A stretch of DNA of 64,000 bases from Trichosphaerium sp. ATCC 40318 (taxonomy: Eukaryota > Protista > Tubulinea). A program made the position numbers and the translations under genes. Of this stretch, positions 25,205-37,652 are shown one piece after another. The stretch spans positions 1-64,000 of the forward strand of contig JALMLS010000048.1 in the NCBI GenBank assembly GCA_038496445.1, read 5' to 3'. Each line of letters begins with the position of its first letter. Position 1 is the stretch's first letter. Under the pieces are notes generated by a model that saw nothing but the letters and a program-made list of their open reading frames with translations, was not told the DNA's origin and made no database searches.

Positions 25205-25594
25205 ATGGCAGCGGGCAAGGCTAGCGAAGCTGATATTGGACTTCTTGCAGAAGAGAACATAGACTATGAGTTTGACAATATAGAAAATGCAGTATCAAGA
25301 AAGAGAAACGAAAGATGGTGCTCGCTAACAAAGTCTTTGGGCATGTTATGCTCAGAAATCATTCTACTTGCAGGTTGGTGTGTATTTATTGCATTCTTTG
25401 TACTGGTATTCCGTATGGATTGGAAAAAAGTGAGTAATGTTTTAACTATTTTGATGAAGTTTCTAACTGCTCTGAAGCAAGCTGAAAAGGCATTAGCACG
25501 TGCTTCAAAAGGTGATACGTGTGAAGAGTATAAACACAGCATTCTAATTAATCAAGATGATAGTGACATTGAGATACTTCCTCTTGATAATTAG
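25205..25594 (+). pseudogene. Internally deleted MATE paralog: exon 1 fused to the last TM/C-terminal part
   Basis: WCSLTKSLGMLCSEIILL (paralog of exon 1 WCSLSMSLGELYSEVVLL) is fused to AGWCVFIAFFVLVFRMDWKK..., which is nearly identical to 23477-23701 including the last intron. Confidence 0.9.
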
Positions 25595-25866
25595 GTAATG
25601 AGTTTATCAAAACGTTCATTCAAAAGTAGTGATAACTTTTGCTTCAAAACTGATGTTGATAATCCATAGGGTGTAGCACTTGCAACATATTGAGATTATT
25701 GACCTCTTTTCATCTGGCTGACAACTACATCATAGATTAAATTTACCAGACTGTTTTTTAAGAATAAATAAACGTTTTGTAAAGAGTGTCGTTGACTTGA
25801 GTTAATTGCTAAATTTCGCTAGCGTTACAACATCTCGTACAGTATTATCTAGACTTCACGATTTCA

Positions 25867-27141
25867 ATGTCAAAAACCTCACCAGTTATCGCACAGCAAA
25901 GGTAAAAGCTCAATTTATTCAACAGTTACCAGTTTTACGTTCTAACTATCTATAGCCCACAAGTAAGTGTTTTAGACTTACCTACAGAGATATTAGCTTG
26001 TATTTTACGTCAAACTACAAAAGCACGATTTGCAGCTTGTCAAGCTTGCCATCACTTTGCATCTATCATTCACGACATTATTGGCTATGAAAGCGTTATA
26101 ATTTCAACAGTGGAACAAGCAAAAGCGCTTTTAAAACATGCTAGTACTCTCCAACAAACAAAAATTGCTCTTGTTGGCGATTGCTTCGATTGTAGCACCA
26201 TCAAAGAGTTTGCTGGTGTCCATACCATTGACCTTATTGCTTGTAGAGGTGCTACAGATGAGAGTGTGAAAGCTCTTGCTGGTGTTCATACCATAAAGCT
26301 TGGCGGTTACGGAGGTTATACAGATGAATGTATTTCATCTCTGGCAGGTGTTCATACAATTTATCTTAGCGGTTCTACAGGTATTACTGATGAAGGTATC
26401 AAATCACTCTCTGGCGTTCATACTATCGACCTTAGTGATACGTTGGTGACGGATGAAGGTGTTAAATCACTAAAGGGCGTTCATACTATTGATTTGGGTA
26501 ACACTGAAGTAACGGATGAGGGTATCAAATCACTGAAAGGTGTTCATAGCATAAATCTTCATATTTGTAGAAGTATTACCGATGAAGGTGTAAAAGCTTT
26601 AGCTGGTGTACATACCATTCATTTATCAGATACAAACGTGACAGATGAAGGCATTAAATCATTGGCTGGTGTTCATACTATTAATCTTGCTTTTTGTGAA
26701 GATATTACAGATGAAGGTATTAAATCACTTACGGGTGTGCATATCATTAACTTGAGTGGAACATCAGTGACAGATGAAGGTATTAAGCCGCTGGCTGGTG
26801 TTCATACTATCAACCTTAGTGAAACAAATGTGACCGATGAAGGCATTAAGCTGCTGGCTGGTGTTCATACTATTGATTTGACAAACACCTCGGTGACAGA
26901 TGAGGGTATCAAATCAATTGCTGGTGTTCACAACATTCTTCTCTATGGTTGTAAGGCCATAACCGATGAAGGTATTAAATCATTGGCTGGTGTGCATGAA
27001 ATTGATCTTAGCGAAACAAATGTGACAGACAAAGGTATTTCAGCACTGAGAGGTGTTCATACCATTCAGTTATATGACACTAAAGTAACAGATGAGGGTA
27101 TTACTAAATGGCTGGATGGGGCTCATACAGTTGGCCAGTAA
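25867..27141 (+). CDS. F-box + leucine-rich repeat protein (about 14 copies of a 21-23 aa GVHTIDLSxTxVTDEGIKSLA repeat)
   Basis: VLDLPTEILACILRQ F-box after one short intron; regular LRRs in the 343-aa ORF. Confidence 0.9.
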
Positions 27142-27247
27142 TAACAATCTAACGACTGTAACAGTTTTGAATACTAAAATTAAGCTTGCCTCAATCGCAA
27201 CAAAAAAGGATTTCAACAATTTATTTATTCTTTCGAGACAGCAGTGT

Positions 27248-30200
27248 CTATTTTAGACTCTTCTTTAAAGATTTTTTCTTTGATGATGTGACATCACCTG
27301 AAGATGGAATAGACCTAGGTAGAGGCCAATCAAAAGCAAGTGTAGGACATGGAATAGGCGCTTTCTTAAGTTTTTCGTCTAACCATTGCATATGCAACAG
27401 GTAGTCCTTAGGCAAGCATGTCGCAGTGCTAAATAAAACAATGAGACCCTCAGGAAGTTAATCAACCCAAAAAATTTAAAAAAAGGACTAACAAAACTTT
27501 TAAAAGTATTTCGAGGTTTTTCTGTTTGATTGAGTGCGTACTCTGTCTGAAGTCCTCCAACAATGAAAGTCCTATCCTTGTTGAACTTTGCTTTGGTGTA
27601 TACAGCAACGTCGTTACTGGTGTTACCATAAGCACCACCAACATCAAGTTTATACTCTTCACGAAGTTTCTTAAGAAAGAAAAAAAGATTAGAATGTAAA
27701 ACAATATCGTTAGTCAGTACCTTGATGTAAGCTGTCTTAAAGTTACCAACACCAATCGTTTTCGATCCAGGAACATGGTAAATAGGCAAAGTAGGTACAG
27801 CAGTATTAGTGTGTCCAATTAGACCTTGAAAAAAGTTAGAACACTCAAACTTAAACTTGACAATAACGTTTAAAAAAAACAAAATGAGCAACACAGAAAG
27901 AAAAAAAGTATCGTACCTGGAGGGAATCCACGTTTGTGTAGCCATTTCCAAGTAAGGTGGTAATAAGTACCAGCACGACCACTCAAATAAACAGGCAAGT
28001 ATCCTTTAGCATACCAAGACCTGAAAGAAAACAACCGTCAAAAAAAACAACTTTTTGTTTAGGAAAGTCAGTGCGTACCTGACCATAGCAACAGCACCGT
28101 TTCTTGGCGTTGGGTTATAGTTTGAGGCGTTACCACTAACTTGCTCAATAGCAAGTTGAGTTACAAGCTCATGATCACCTACAGTGAGGGTACCATCGAT
28201 ATCATAAACAACACAGCTTGTTCCAGGTTTAAGAACCCACACGGAACCCTAAACCAAATTAAAAACGTTGACATAAATATGGCTATATAAAAATTGATAA
28301 CTCGCTTACCCTTGCTGAGCTATGATCCCTAGCATAGAGTTAAAAAATGTCCTGTCACACGTGATATTGTTTCGTACCTTCTGACAATCATTTGAATCTG
28401 GTATCTTCCAGGTTTTGCAAAGTACTTACGGTCAACGTTGAACTTAGCTGCACCATTTTGAGTTCTGGCAGTGCCATGGTGTTTCCATTCTCCAATTGGG
28501 AAATAAGAATCAGGCTCCTAAAGGCGTTTAGATTAAGTTACAGACTTCAGTAGCTAATCGATTAGCGACTTGTTTATGAACGGTATTAGGTTCTGTTTCG
28601 TGTACCTGGATGAATAGCTCAACGTATGCACCATCGTTGATACGTGTGTAACCATAACGGAAGTTACCAACCAACTCGACTTAAAACGAAGGTAAGTTAA
28701 GTGGTTTAAGAAAAATCATAAAAAAAATACCTGCGACTCTATCGTCACCAGAGCCCAAAAGAACTACATCATCAATACCACAACGATGAGTCTTATGCCC
28801 AGGAAGCATAGCATTTTGCCTCTTGTATGTCTCAGCAACAAGTTGCTTAGGAGACATAGAAAATTGATTGTTTGGAAAGTCTGCAATTGTCAAGTACTTT
28901 CCAGTGTCTTTGCCCTAAAACATAATGTAAAAACTAGAGCTGTGTAAATGATTCTGTACTTGGAGGTATGAGTATTGTAGTCGAAGTTTGACCTTTCCTG
29001 CATTTGTACGGTCTGCCTTTGCAGAGCGCAAATCAAAATAGTCATCAGCTAAATAACTCATTTAGATAACAACAGCCCAATATTAAAACTTTCTAACCTG
29101 GAATGCCTGGTGACAAGTAATCGAGCAATAGAACACTCTCATACAATAAATGATCCTTATGGAATTTTCCCAAAGAACTCTTACGCCACAAAGCAACGTT
29201 GATTTCTTGATTGGAGTGGAAGATTAAGCTGTTAAAAAAGAATGAGATTTTCACAGAAAAAGAAAAAGAAAAAGTTTACAATATCAGGCTTCAATTAACG
29301 TACAAATACATAAAAGTGCCCCACGTCCATCCTTTAGATTTAATATAGCTTATACTCTTAGAACGAATAGTTTGACCATCACAAGTGATTTTAAAGTAGT
29401 AATTGGAGCCCTTATTGAGGAATTTGGTCTTAACGTTATCATGAGATACAGCGTCATCGACTAAAGCAAGTGTTATTATGGAGATGTTATTCTGAAGTCG
29501 TGGGGAAATTATTTCTATCATCTTTTTTTTCTTTATCAAAAAATCGTACTCCATAGCCTTAATTGTCCAATAAATGCCTCTGGCTTGGTATCGTCGCTAG
29601 ATTTAACTACCAGCTCTTTGGATTCCTTATCATCATCGCTCTATTTGAAGATACACGTGTTAGAAGATCAAAGTCCCAAAAAAATTTTACTTACAACGTC
29701 TCCCCACTCGAAAAAGTGAGTGCCATCAATGAATTTGTTTCTCTTTACGTGAGTGATATACCTATTCTCAAATAAAGCTTGTCCGAATCTGACAGCATCC
29801 TCACGGTCCTTTGTGTCCAATAATTCGAGCATAACATCAACAGCATCACATCCTTTAAAAAACTGTTAAAAAAATCTTTTTATGATAACTTCAGTGCTAC
29901 CTTTGAACGCTGGGCGTCTGTTTGAACCCATCTTTTTGCAAGTTGTTGGAACTTTCTCCTTTAGGCGACCGTAGAAGTCTTTAAGCTTAAAAAGTAATCA
30001 AAACACGCGCAATAGGCTTAACCCTTACCAACGATTCATCTCCGAGATCTAGCTTGAGTGGTTCATCAGTAGTTGCGCTTGTAGTATTAGTTTCGAGTCC
30101 TTCAACGCGTTGATCGAGCTCCAGAACGTGTTCGGCGAGTTCCTGACGATATTTAAAATTTAATTGTGTGATTAACGCTGTGCACCTCCATTTGGCCTCT

Positions 30201-30314
30201 GAGGATCCTGACTTCGTGCATAATCTCTTGAACCATACCGGCAACGTCAGCGCTTTCTTCATAATTCGAAAAAGAGCGCTTCAAACTCTCCGTTGGTGGT
30301 TTCTTCTTGCTCAT
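27248..30314 (-). CDS. Coiled-coil + DEP + C2-like + LNS2 (lipin/Nir2-type HAD) protein
   Basis: DEP: FKG-CDAVDVMLELLDTKDREDAVRFGQALFENRYITHV. C2-like: NYYFKITCDGQTIRSK. HAD motif I CVVYDIDGTLT, motif II YLSGRAG, and AYGNTSNDVAVY. Confidence 0.8.
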
Positions 30315-30698
30315 GGTGCGTAGCTGAATAGGGAGTCTAAAAAAACTCAAAACGGACTTTTTTATGACTTGCCTCAAACGAAGAAAACTTCTTTCCCTGT
30401 TCTAGCATTGATCCCGTGCGTACAGCCATGCAGGGGATAAATTTGCCCGGAAAAGTCAGTTTGGCCGAAACTCGCGACAACCCGCTAATTCCACCGCAAG
30501 GTTCGAAAAATTTACACCAAATTAGTGCTTAATAACGTGGCGCCACAAGAGTTTATTTAAAGGCATGATTGTTTTGAGGTGTCACAATGTGACGACTGAC
30601 GATTGAGTTTTTTTTGTGATTTTCTCCCTTCTTTTTTATCGCTTTGTTTGGAATACATATACGTATATAATATTATGATTTTTGTTTATGTGTGCATC

Positions 30699-32403
30699 TT
30701 ATCTTGATAACCTTGTTGTATGTGCAATCTTTTTGCCTTCATGTTTGTCCCACACAGCATCAATTAAGTCGCCAAAAACATTTTTAACTAAAATGACATT
30801 GTGAGCAAAAAAAAATACATTAAAGGACCTACCATTTTCTCCTGTCCTCGTAGACATTAAGGCGCTACCAATAACACTTACATAAATCTTCTGAACATTC
30901 GCTACGACACGCTACAAAAAAAAAGGAAGAAAATTAACAAAAAACTTAAGTAAGTTTCTTTCCCACATACCTTAGCCTCTACTGCCCATAGAGTACGTTG
31001 AGTTGCTGTAAGCATATCCATCTTATTTCCAACTATTATAATACGAAAGTCTTTTACTATACGTGTCCTACATCGGAAAGCAGCCAACCATTCAAAAATA
31101 TACTTTTCAAATCCGACACCGCCAATAAATTTAGTTACATCATAAAGAAGCACTACACCATCACACGTGTGGAGTATTCTGTGATACGTCTGAAAACAAA
31201 GAAAAGCGTTAACACGTGATAAATCAATAAATGATATCAAAGAAGAACATCATACCTCTATAGGAGGTGAGCCTCTTTTAGATGAGCAGTCAATTGAATT
31301 AAGTGTCACATCTTGAACCCGAACCTGTACCCGAAACCTTTTATTTGCATTAGCTTCTATTGTCCTCTACTACATGTTAGATGCATATACAAGTATTGTA
31401 GGAGCGTACCCAACTACCTAAACCAAGCCACCAACTAGCACATAAGAACTTTTGCATTGTTGTCTTTCCAGCACCAATATCACCAACTAAAATGACCGAA
31501 AACGCATTATAACAACTAGGTCATTAAAGTGTTAGTGATGGCAACATGTAGAAATAAGAAAATGACGTTTCTTTACCCTTTCAAAGCAAGCTCATAGGAT
31601 AATAACCAATCCTCAGCGTTTGCTGTTCTAACTGAATAAGATATATCTTGTAGTGTTGTTCTAAATGTTACAGCACTTGTAGTAAACCGTCCTCTATCTA
31701 CGGAGCGAATACAACGCAGTGGGATCGCGTGCTTGATCATCTAATATTTTTACAATGTTAGCACATCCGAGTAAGAGTGCTTGTTTACCTTTGTTCGCGG
31801 ATCACAAAGCAACAGTGATCGAAGTGTCAATAGTACAATAAACCTGCCTTTGTTTTCACTACTACGTGGTGCTTCACGCTGCGGATTGCGCTCTTCTAAG
31901 TCGTCTGAAGTGCGTAGAGCACTTTGGACAAAGCCAAAAAGCGTGTCCTCTTTTTTCCACTATTCCATGTTAAAATTGTGATATAGGGCTACGGGCAAAT
32001 TTTTATAGCGTTTGTGTGGCCATTGAGGCGAATAAAGAGTTACAGTTATGGAATTCTGGGTGAGAAAGTTTTTATTTTACGAACTCTTTCGTTTTAACGT
32101 ACCGTTACTATCGCTAGTTGTTTAATAACCGGTCTGAACCTTCTTTGGTACTTTGCCTAAGCGTAAAATTGTTAACAACGTTCTACGAGCGTGGAACAGT
32201 ACCAAAAATTCAGGAAAGCGCGTAAGACGGCTCCAAAGTTGACATACGCATGAGCACGATGCAAAATCCTCATCATCTGTGAAATGAAGCATTTCAACCA
32301 CCATTTCAGGAGGTAGGTAGCTTAGGGAGAGCGAAGGAGTAAAAGTAACGCTACAATGTGTTATTCCGTTGTAGCAATGTACAAACGTACTTATTGCTAT
32401 CAT
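30699..32403 (-). CDS. F-box + PH-like + divergent Ras/Rab-like GTPase protein (in-frame TAG at 31960-31962; sequence error or pseudogene)
   Basis: F-box LSYLPPEMVVEMLHFTDDEDFASCSCVCQLW. PH-like FIVLLTLRSLLLCD..IPLRCIRSV..EDWLLSYE. G1 VILVGDIGAGKTT, DGVVLLYDVT, G4 IIIVGNKMD, G5 STRTGENVKNVF. Confidence 0.75.
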
Positions 32404-33525
32404 TCGAGGTTGTAATCATATAAAAGTCCTCCATTGGGTTACCCACACTAGCTCTCCTAAATTCTCTTTTTTTCACAACTCATTTTGACTTGATCAATAT
32501 TCAGAGTACGGTCAGTTGCCTTCTCAACAGCCCTGTTAAATACATAGAAAAGAGGCTTTTCAAGAGTTTAAATTCTGTTGTTAAAATTGTTGAATTGTCA
32601 AGTCCAATTTCCGTTTCAAAATGAACTGTTCACTAGAATAGCAGATGGAGTAGCTCTTCTCTTACGCTTCGTTATTGTTTGGTAACTTTTTACAGTGGAG
32701 TTGAGCCGCATTATCGATAAACAAGATTAACGATCCCAATTTTTAGTAAGCCTTTTACATACCTCATAATTGGACTAATGGCTCCTAGCACGTCAATGAA
32801 ACAAGACTTGCTGGTTAGGACTGAATACGTACTCACGGTGATGAACCAAAGAACGAATAAGATACGTAATGCTTTTCTATTGTATCTCAGAATAATTTAC
32901 AGCTTATATTTTCCACGTGTTGTAAATAATCCACAGTGAAGAGTCTCTTCTACTATCAGCATCCACAAAAAATCTTCCAGCAAAGGAGCACTAGATAATT
33001 GTGCGTTCCTTTCTTGGTGACGTGCAAGAACTTCATTTTTTTTTGGCTTCTTTTTCTCTTACAATGCCATGAAACCGTCACAATCTAAAATTCCTCTCAA
33101 ATAGCAGTGGGGCGTTTAAGTGCATGCACAGTATGTGTCACCAAGTATGACGTACAGGAACTAGATAACCTAATCCGGAACGCGAATTCGCGTTGCATGG
33201 CGTGTATGTGGGCGTTAGATACAGTACACGCTCTCTAAAACGGTTTGGGTAATTTCCCGACAATTAAGCTCAATTAATTGCTTGAAAAAGGTTTGAAGTC
33301 ATTATTGGCATAATTTGGCGGATCTGTAACATAGATACCTATGCTAAACACAATCCTCTTGGGAGTTGCGAAAAAAAATCATGCAAATTACATTTTCTGA
33401 CCACAAAAAGCCTTACTTAACATTCCTCAGTTGTAAAGAAATAAAACACCTCAAGACGGTATCAACAACAATTGGCGCACATTCGAACGCAATTATTTAA
33501 AGGTTTTGGCGAAGATTTTTTTTAA

Positions 33526-35046
33526 ATGGAGCTTCTTGCAGAAAGTATATACAGACTTATAAATGTGTCACCCTTATGTGCTTGTATTGCTACGTGTTTT
33601 GTCACCTTCGCAATGCGACTTTTTATAATCGAGAATATACTTATTGTGCGGCTTACCAATTGTGCATTGTTTTAAAAAAATGTATGGATATCTAACTCTA
33701 CGCTGTAGCCATACGCTCGTAAATACAGGAAACTCACAGCTGTAAATGCAATCAAGTTTGGAGAGAGCTGCTACTTCTTCCTCTACTACGCTGTTATGTT
33801 TACTTGGGAGGCGTATACGCTTTCTTTTGTGAACTACGTCTGGAAGCCGGAGAATTTATGGACACCATGGCCTCGAGAACCCTCGTACGTTGTTTAATGT
33901 AACATGACGAGCAAGTATCTCAAAAACCATTTTAAAATCCGTTTGATAAAAAAAACAATCTCATGAGCTCAAACTACCCAATTTAGTTTCTCCCTGGGGT
34001 CGGGTACGCCCCAAAAGGTAGGAAAAATTAACGGTTTTTATTAACAGGCCTCATGAGACAATTATTTACTGCACCCAAATCTCAAATTATGCTGCAGCTT
34101 TTGTTTGGTCGCTACTCCCAAGAAACGCCCGAGCTCACCATAAGGATTTTTACGCATTGACAAGCCACCATTTAGTCACGTGTATGCTAATTGGGCTCTC
34201 TTGGAATTACAGGTATGGAGTAATACGCAAAAAAATAGAAAAGTTGGGTAAAAAATTCCAAAAGTATCCCGAATCCCATGTTCTTGGGCAAAATGACCTT
34301 TTTTCTCCAAGCAGCTCCTTTATCTTATTTTTTTACTAGCTTTATGCCTATTGGCATGCTTGTATTGGCTATTCATGACGTGTCAGATATTTTTCTTGAA
34401 GCGGCGAAAATTGCTCATTTTCATGACTTGTCAGTAGCAAAGAACGTCCTATTCGCTGCTTTTGCTGTTGTTTTCTTTGTTACACGTAATATCGTCTATC
34501 CGTTCTGTATAGTATGGCCTGCGTACGTATATTTATTCAAATCTGTTTTACAACAAAGCGGTAACCAACCAAGCAATTTTGGCGTAGAAGAAAAGGAAAC
34601 AAAAGATCCCCTAGTTTGCTTTTTTTTCTGGAAACATTAACTTTATAATAGCCCAATAGCTTTCAAAGTCATAAACATAAAAAATGATACTCAATACTAT
34701 ATGATGCAAATGTGTATGGGATGTCTTTATTTCTTAGCAAGTTTGCACGTCTATTGGTTTGTGCTAATCGTAAAAATGATAATAAGGTTTGACATCTTTA
34801 TTCGGATCTTTCCTCAATTGTCCTGACAATCTCTTTTTTTTTCAGGTCTCTTAAAGCTGGTGATGTACAAAGCGATATAAGGTATGTTTAGTGAACAGCA
34901 TTTAACACCAACGATATAATAATTGTATTGTTTTATTGAAAAAACAAGAACAACTTTTCTGACTTATTCATAGATCCGATGAAGAACTTGAGTACGAACA
35001 AAACTATGAGCAAGATGAATGCAAGAAAGGCAATTGATTCACGCTG
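33526..35046 (+). CDS. Ceramide synthase (LAG1/CerS, TLC domain)
   Basis: KFGESCYFFLYY, KDFYALTSHHLVT, GMLVLAIHDVSDIFLEAAK, LHVYWF, SDIRSDEE. Confidence 0.93.
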
Positions 35047-35215
35047 AAGCTTATCACATATCTTTTTTTTGCTGTTTGTAGATGTTTGAGTAAAAAAAAA
35101 GAGTAATAGACTCAATACTTAATGTGACTTGTATTTAAGTTCAGCGTAATGTATGCGTTATTTGATAGTAGCATTGCATTACTATTACCGTTGTTATTAC
35201 ACGTACTAATCGTTA

Positions 35216-37482
35216 ATGGAGCTTGTGATTGTCACATTGACCCAAACGGCAACGATTCCACTGTGCGTTTTAATTATTTTTTCACTAGCCCCCTACTGTT
35301 CAAATAGGGCTCTGGGAGCGTTTTATCGCCTTTCTACAGTCTATCCAAATGCATTAATAACGTACAAGAATCTTCGATACAGATATGCGCAGGAGGTACG
35401 CACGTGCGTCGAAATTGTACCTCAAACCACTGCCGACTTTTTACTGTATAATTAAACGACATTCATTCCAAAAACGCTAGGTGGCCAATACACATACGTA
35501 GATGATCAATATATAAACGCGACAGAGTCTAGCTTGCGTATAGAACCCACTAACAATAATGATGACCTTTCTCCATCTTTTTCTAACTTGGCACGTTGTT
35601 AATCACGTGACGAATCGCTAACTTATTTTCAGGTGCTTTCTTTTCCTTCACCAACTGTATCACTTTTTTTGCATTCTGTTATCGTCAGTGGAGACATTGT
35701 TCTTATGTATCCTGGAGTATCAGAAATTAACATACCACCAATATCTTTGAATCAGACTCAATTCTCTGGGCGTAAGCAAAAATACAACATTGTTTTTTAC
35801 CACTATTTAATAACGGTTTACTAGTTCATGTCAAGGCTGCAAGGATGACTTCAATCGCGTCAATAAATCAATTACTTATATCAGATACAACACTACAGAC
35901 AATAGAAATTTCTGCTGTAAATGTAGAAGGCTTTGGTACGGTCTTTAAGATGTTAGATTCTAATGTATTCACTTATAGAGATTTCCGAACTTATAGTTAC
36001 TAACAGCAAGATGGATCTAACAAATTTTAATAACGGTTCGTTGTACATAACCCACGTGAAAAGTTTTTTAAATCTCTTTTTATACAGTCGTCGTTCAACA
36101 CGCTAAACTCAGTGGAAATACTTTCATAAAAATTGGCACGGCCTCAGTTATTACAATGTCAGCAGGTAAGCTTTTTTCATCCGTCACAACCCATAGTAAT
36201 TTACATAACTTATCTTTTGTTGTAATGCAGAAACAAAGAGTATTGTAAATTGCACATTTACTGGTGTTTCTTTGGATACTTCTTCAGATTACATGCTTGA
36301 TGCGCTTGAAATTGAAGGTTCATACTTTCAGTACTACGATGGCAACGCTGTAAGAAATCAAAAGAAAACTACTGAGTTTCTAATAACCGGTTTGTAGCCA
36401 GTAGTAGTTGTTGGTAGGTATGCCTTGGTATCTATCTCAAGTTGTGTCTTCTCAAACAATAGGTGAGAACCCGATAGGCTATTTACTAGTGAGTTATTGT
36501 CTGGCTAACTCTGTACTAAGATGGCAGGCTACAGATATACCTACGTTCTCTACAATATCATTTTATCAGAGCTCACAAAACACTACACATGCTGAGGCAT
36601 CAATTGAGAACACGTCTTTTCTTCAAAACGTGGTTATTTACAAAAACATAAATTTGTATCTTCCTCCTATTTCTACATCAACCTGGACATCTATAACAAC
36701 TGATTCTCTGACAATAACGCCTTCAGGTGCTGGCTTTTTTTAGAATATAATCTCATTATGTGTAGGCACATGTTGGCCTGGTTACGAAGTATATGATGAC
36801 GCTTTCTGTGAAGGCTGCGAACGTGGCTTTTTTTCAAGACGGGGAAAGGAGTGCTTACCGTGTCCTGAAGGTACAACGTGTGATGTAGAATCAACTCATT
36901 GCCATGCTTGCATTCCAGGAACATATGCAAATACCACGTGAGTATTAGTCAAAACGTTTACATACTCACGTTGTATACAAAGAGGGTCGGTCGATTGCTT
37001 TACTTGTCACTATGGAGAAATAGCACCAGAAAATAGGAGTGTTGCGTGCGAACCATGTCCAAGTGGCCATTATACAGAAGATCACCTTTCTTGTACACCT
37101 TGTCCTCCTGGTACTTTGAACACCTTCAACCTGTAATACCCTTACAAAGTGGAATAGATCATTTCTTGCCTTCCAGAGAGTTTGATAATCCGTATAGTCC
37201 ATTGTGCGAGCACTGCTTATGGTGGGAATCAGCGCACGCTGGATCTACGAAATGTGATTGTACGTTTTATTGATGGTAAAATGTTTGTTGAAAACGTGCT
37301 CACATTGTCGTTTATATTTTAAAAGTGTTTACATTTACATAGTTGGGAGCACGTTAATATTTGTTGCTATTGGCGTCAGTATTACTGTTTTGTTGGCAGG
37401 TATCATAATTGCAGGAGGAATCACGTGTCGTCATTTTGCTAATAAAAAGCGTAACGACTATCAACACATACAAGACGACTAA
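35216..37482 (+). CDS. Type-I membrane protein with Cys-rich (TNFR/ephrin-receptor-like) repeats
   Basis: Hydrophobic N-terminus; CLPCPE, CIPGTYAN, CEPCPSGHY, CTPCPPG; C-terminal TM LIFVAIGVSITVLLAGIIIAGGI and a short tail with YQHI. Confidence 0.65.
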
Positions 37483-37652
37483 TTCTATGTACAATAAAAT
37501 ACACACAATACCCAAGTATGTCTTTGTATCGCTTTGGAAAAGGGTTATTTACTCAGAGCACAAGTTGCTTGTAAAACCAAAAAGTAAGAGCGTGTTTGTG
37601 GCTTAAAGAAAAAACGAAATTAAGTGAGAAAGTCTGCTCGTACAAGTTGAAT

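Noticed and set aside
26200-27130. Regular ~63-69 nt nucleotide periodicity
   Set aside because: Fully explained by the LRR coding repeats.
30405-30512. GC-rich stretch with GGTTCGAA resembling a Pol III B box
   Set aside because: No cloverleaf or A box, the B-box consensus is incomplete, and it lies where the promoter of the DEP-LNS2 gene is expected.
14753-31962. Two in-frame TAGs inside otherwise open exons (14753-14755 and 31960-31962), suggesting UAG reassignment
   Set aside because: Long single-exon ORFs (340, 343, 448, 220 aa) contain no TAG, and several genes end at TAG at sensible positions. The first case can be explained by compensating homopolymer errors.
33179-33194. Perfect 16-bp palindrome AACGCGAATTCGCGTT upstream of ceramide synthase
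   Set aside because: Single occurrence with no supporting context; cannot be distinguished from chance or an ordinary promoter site.
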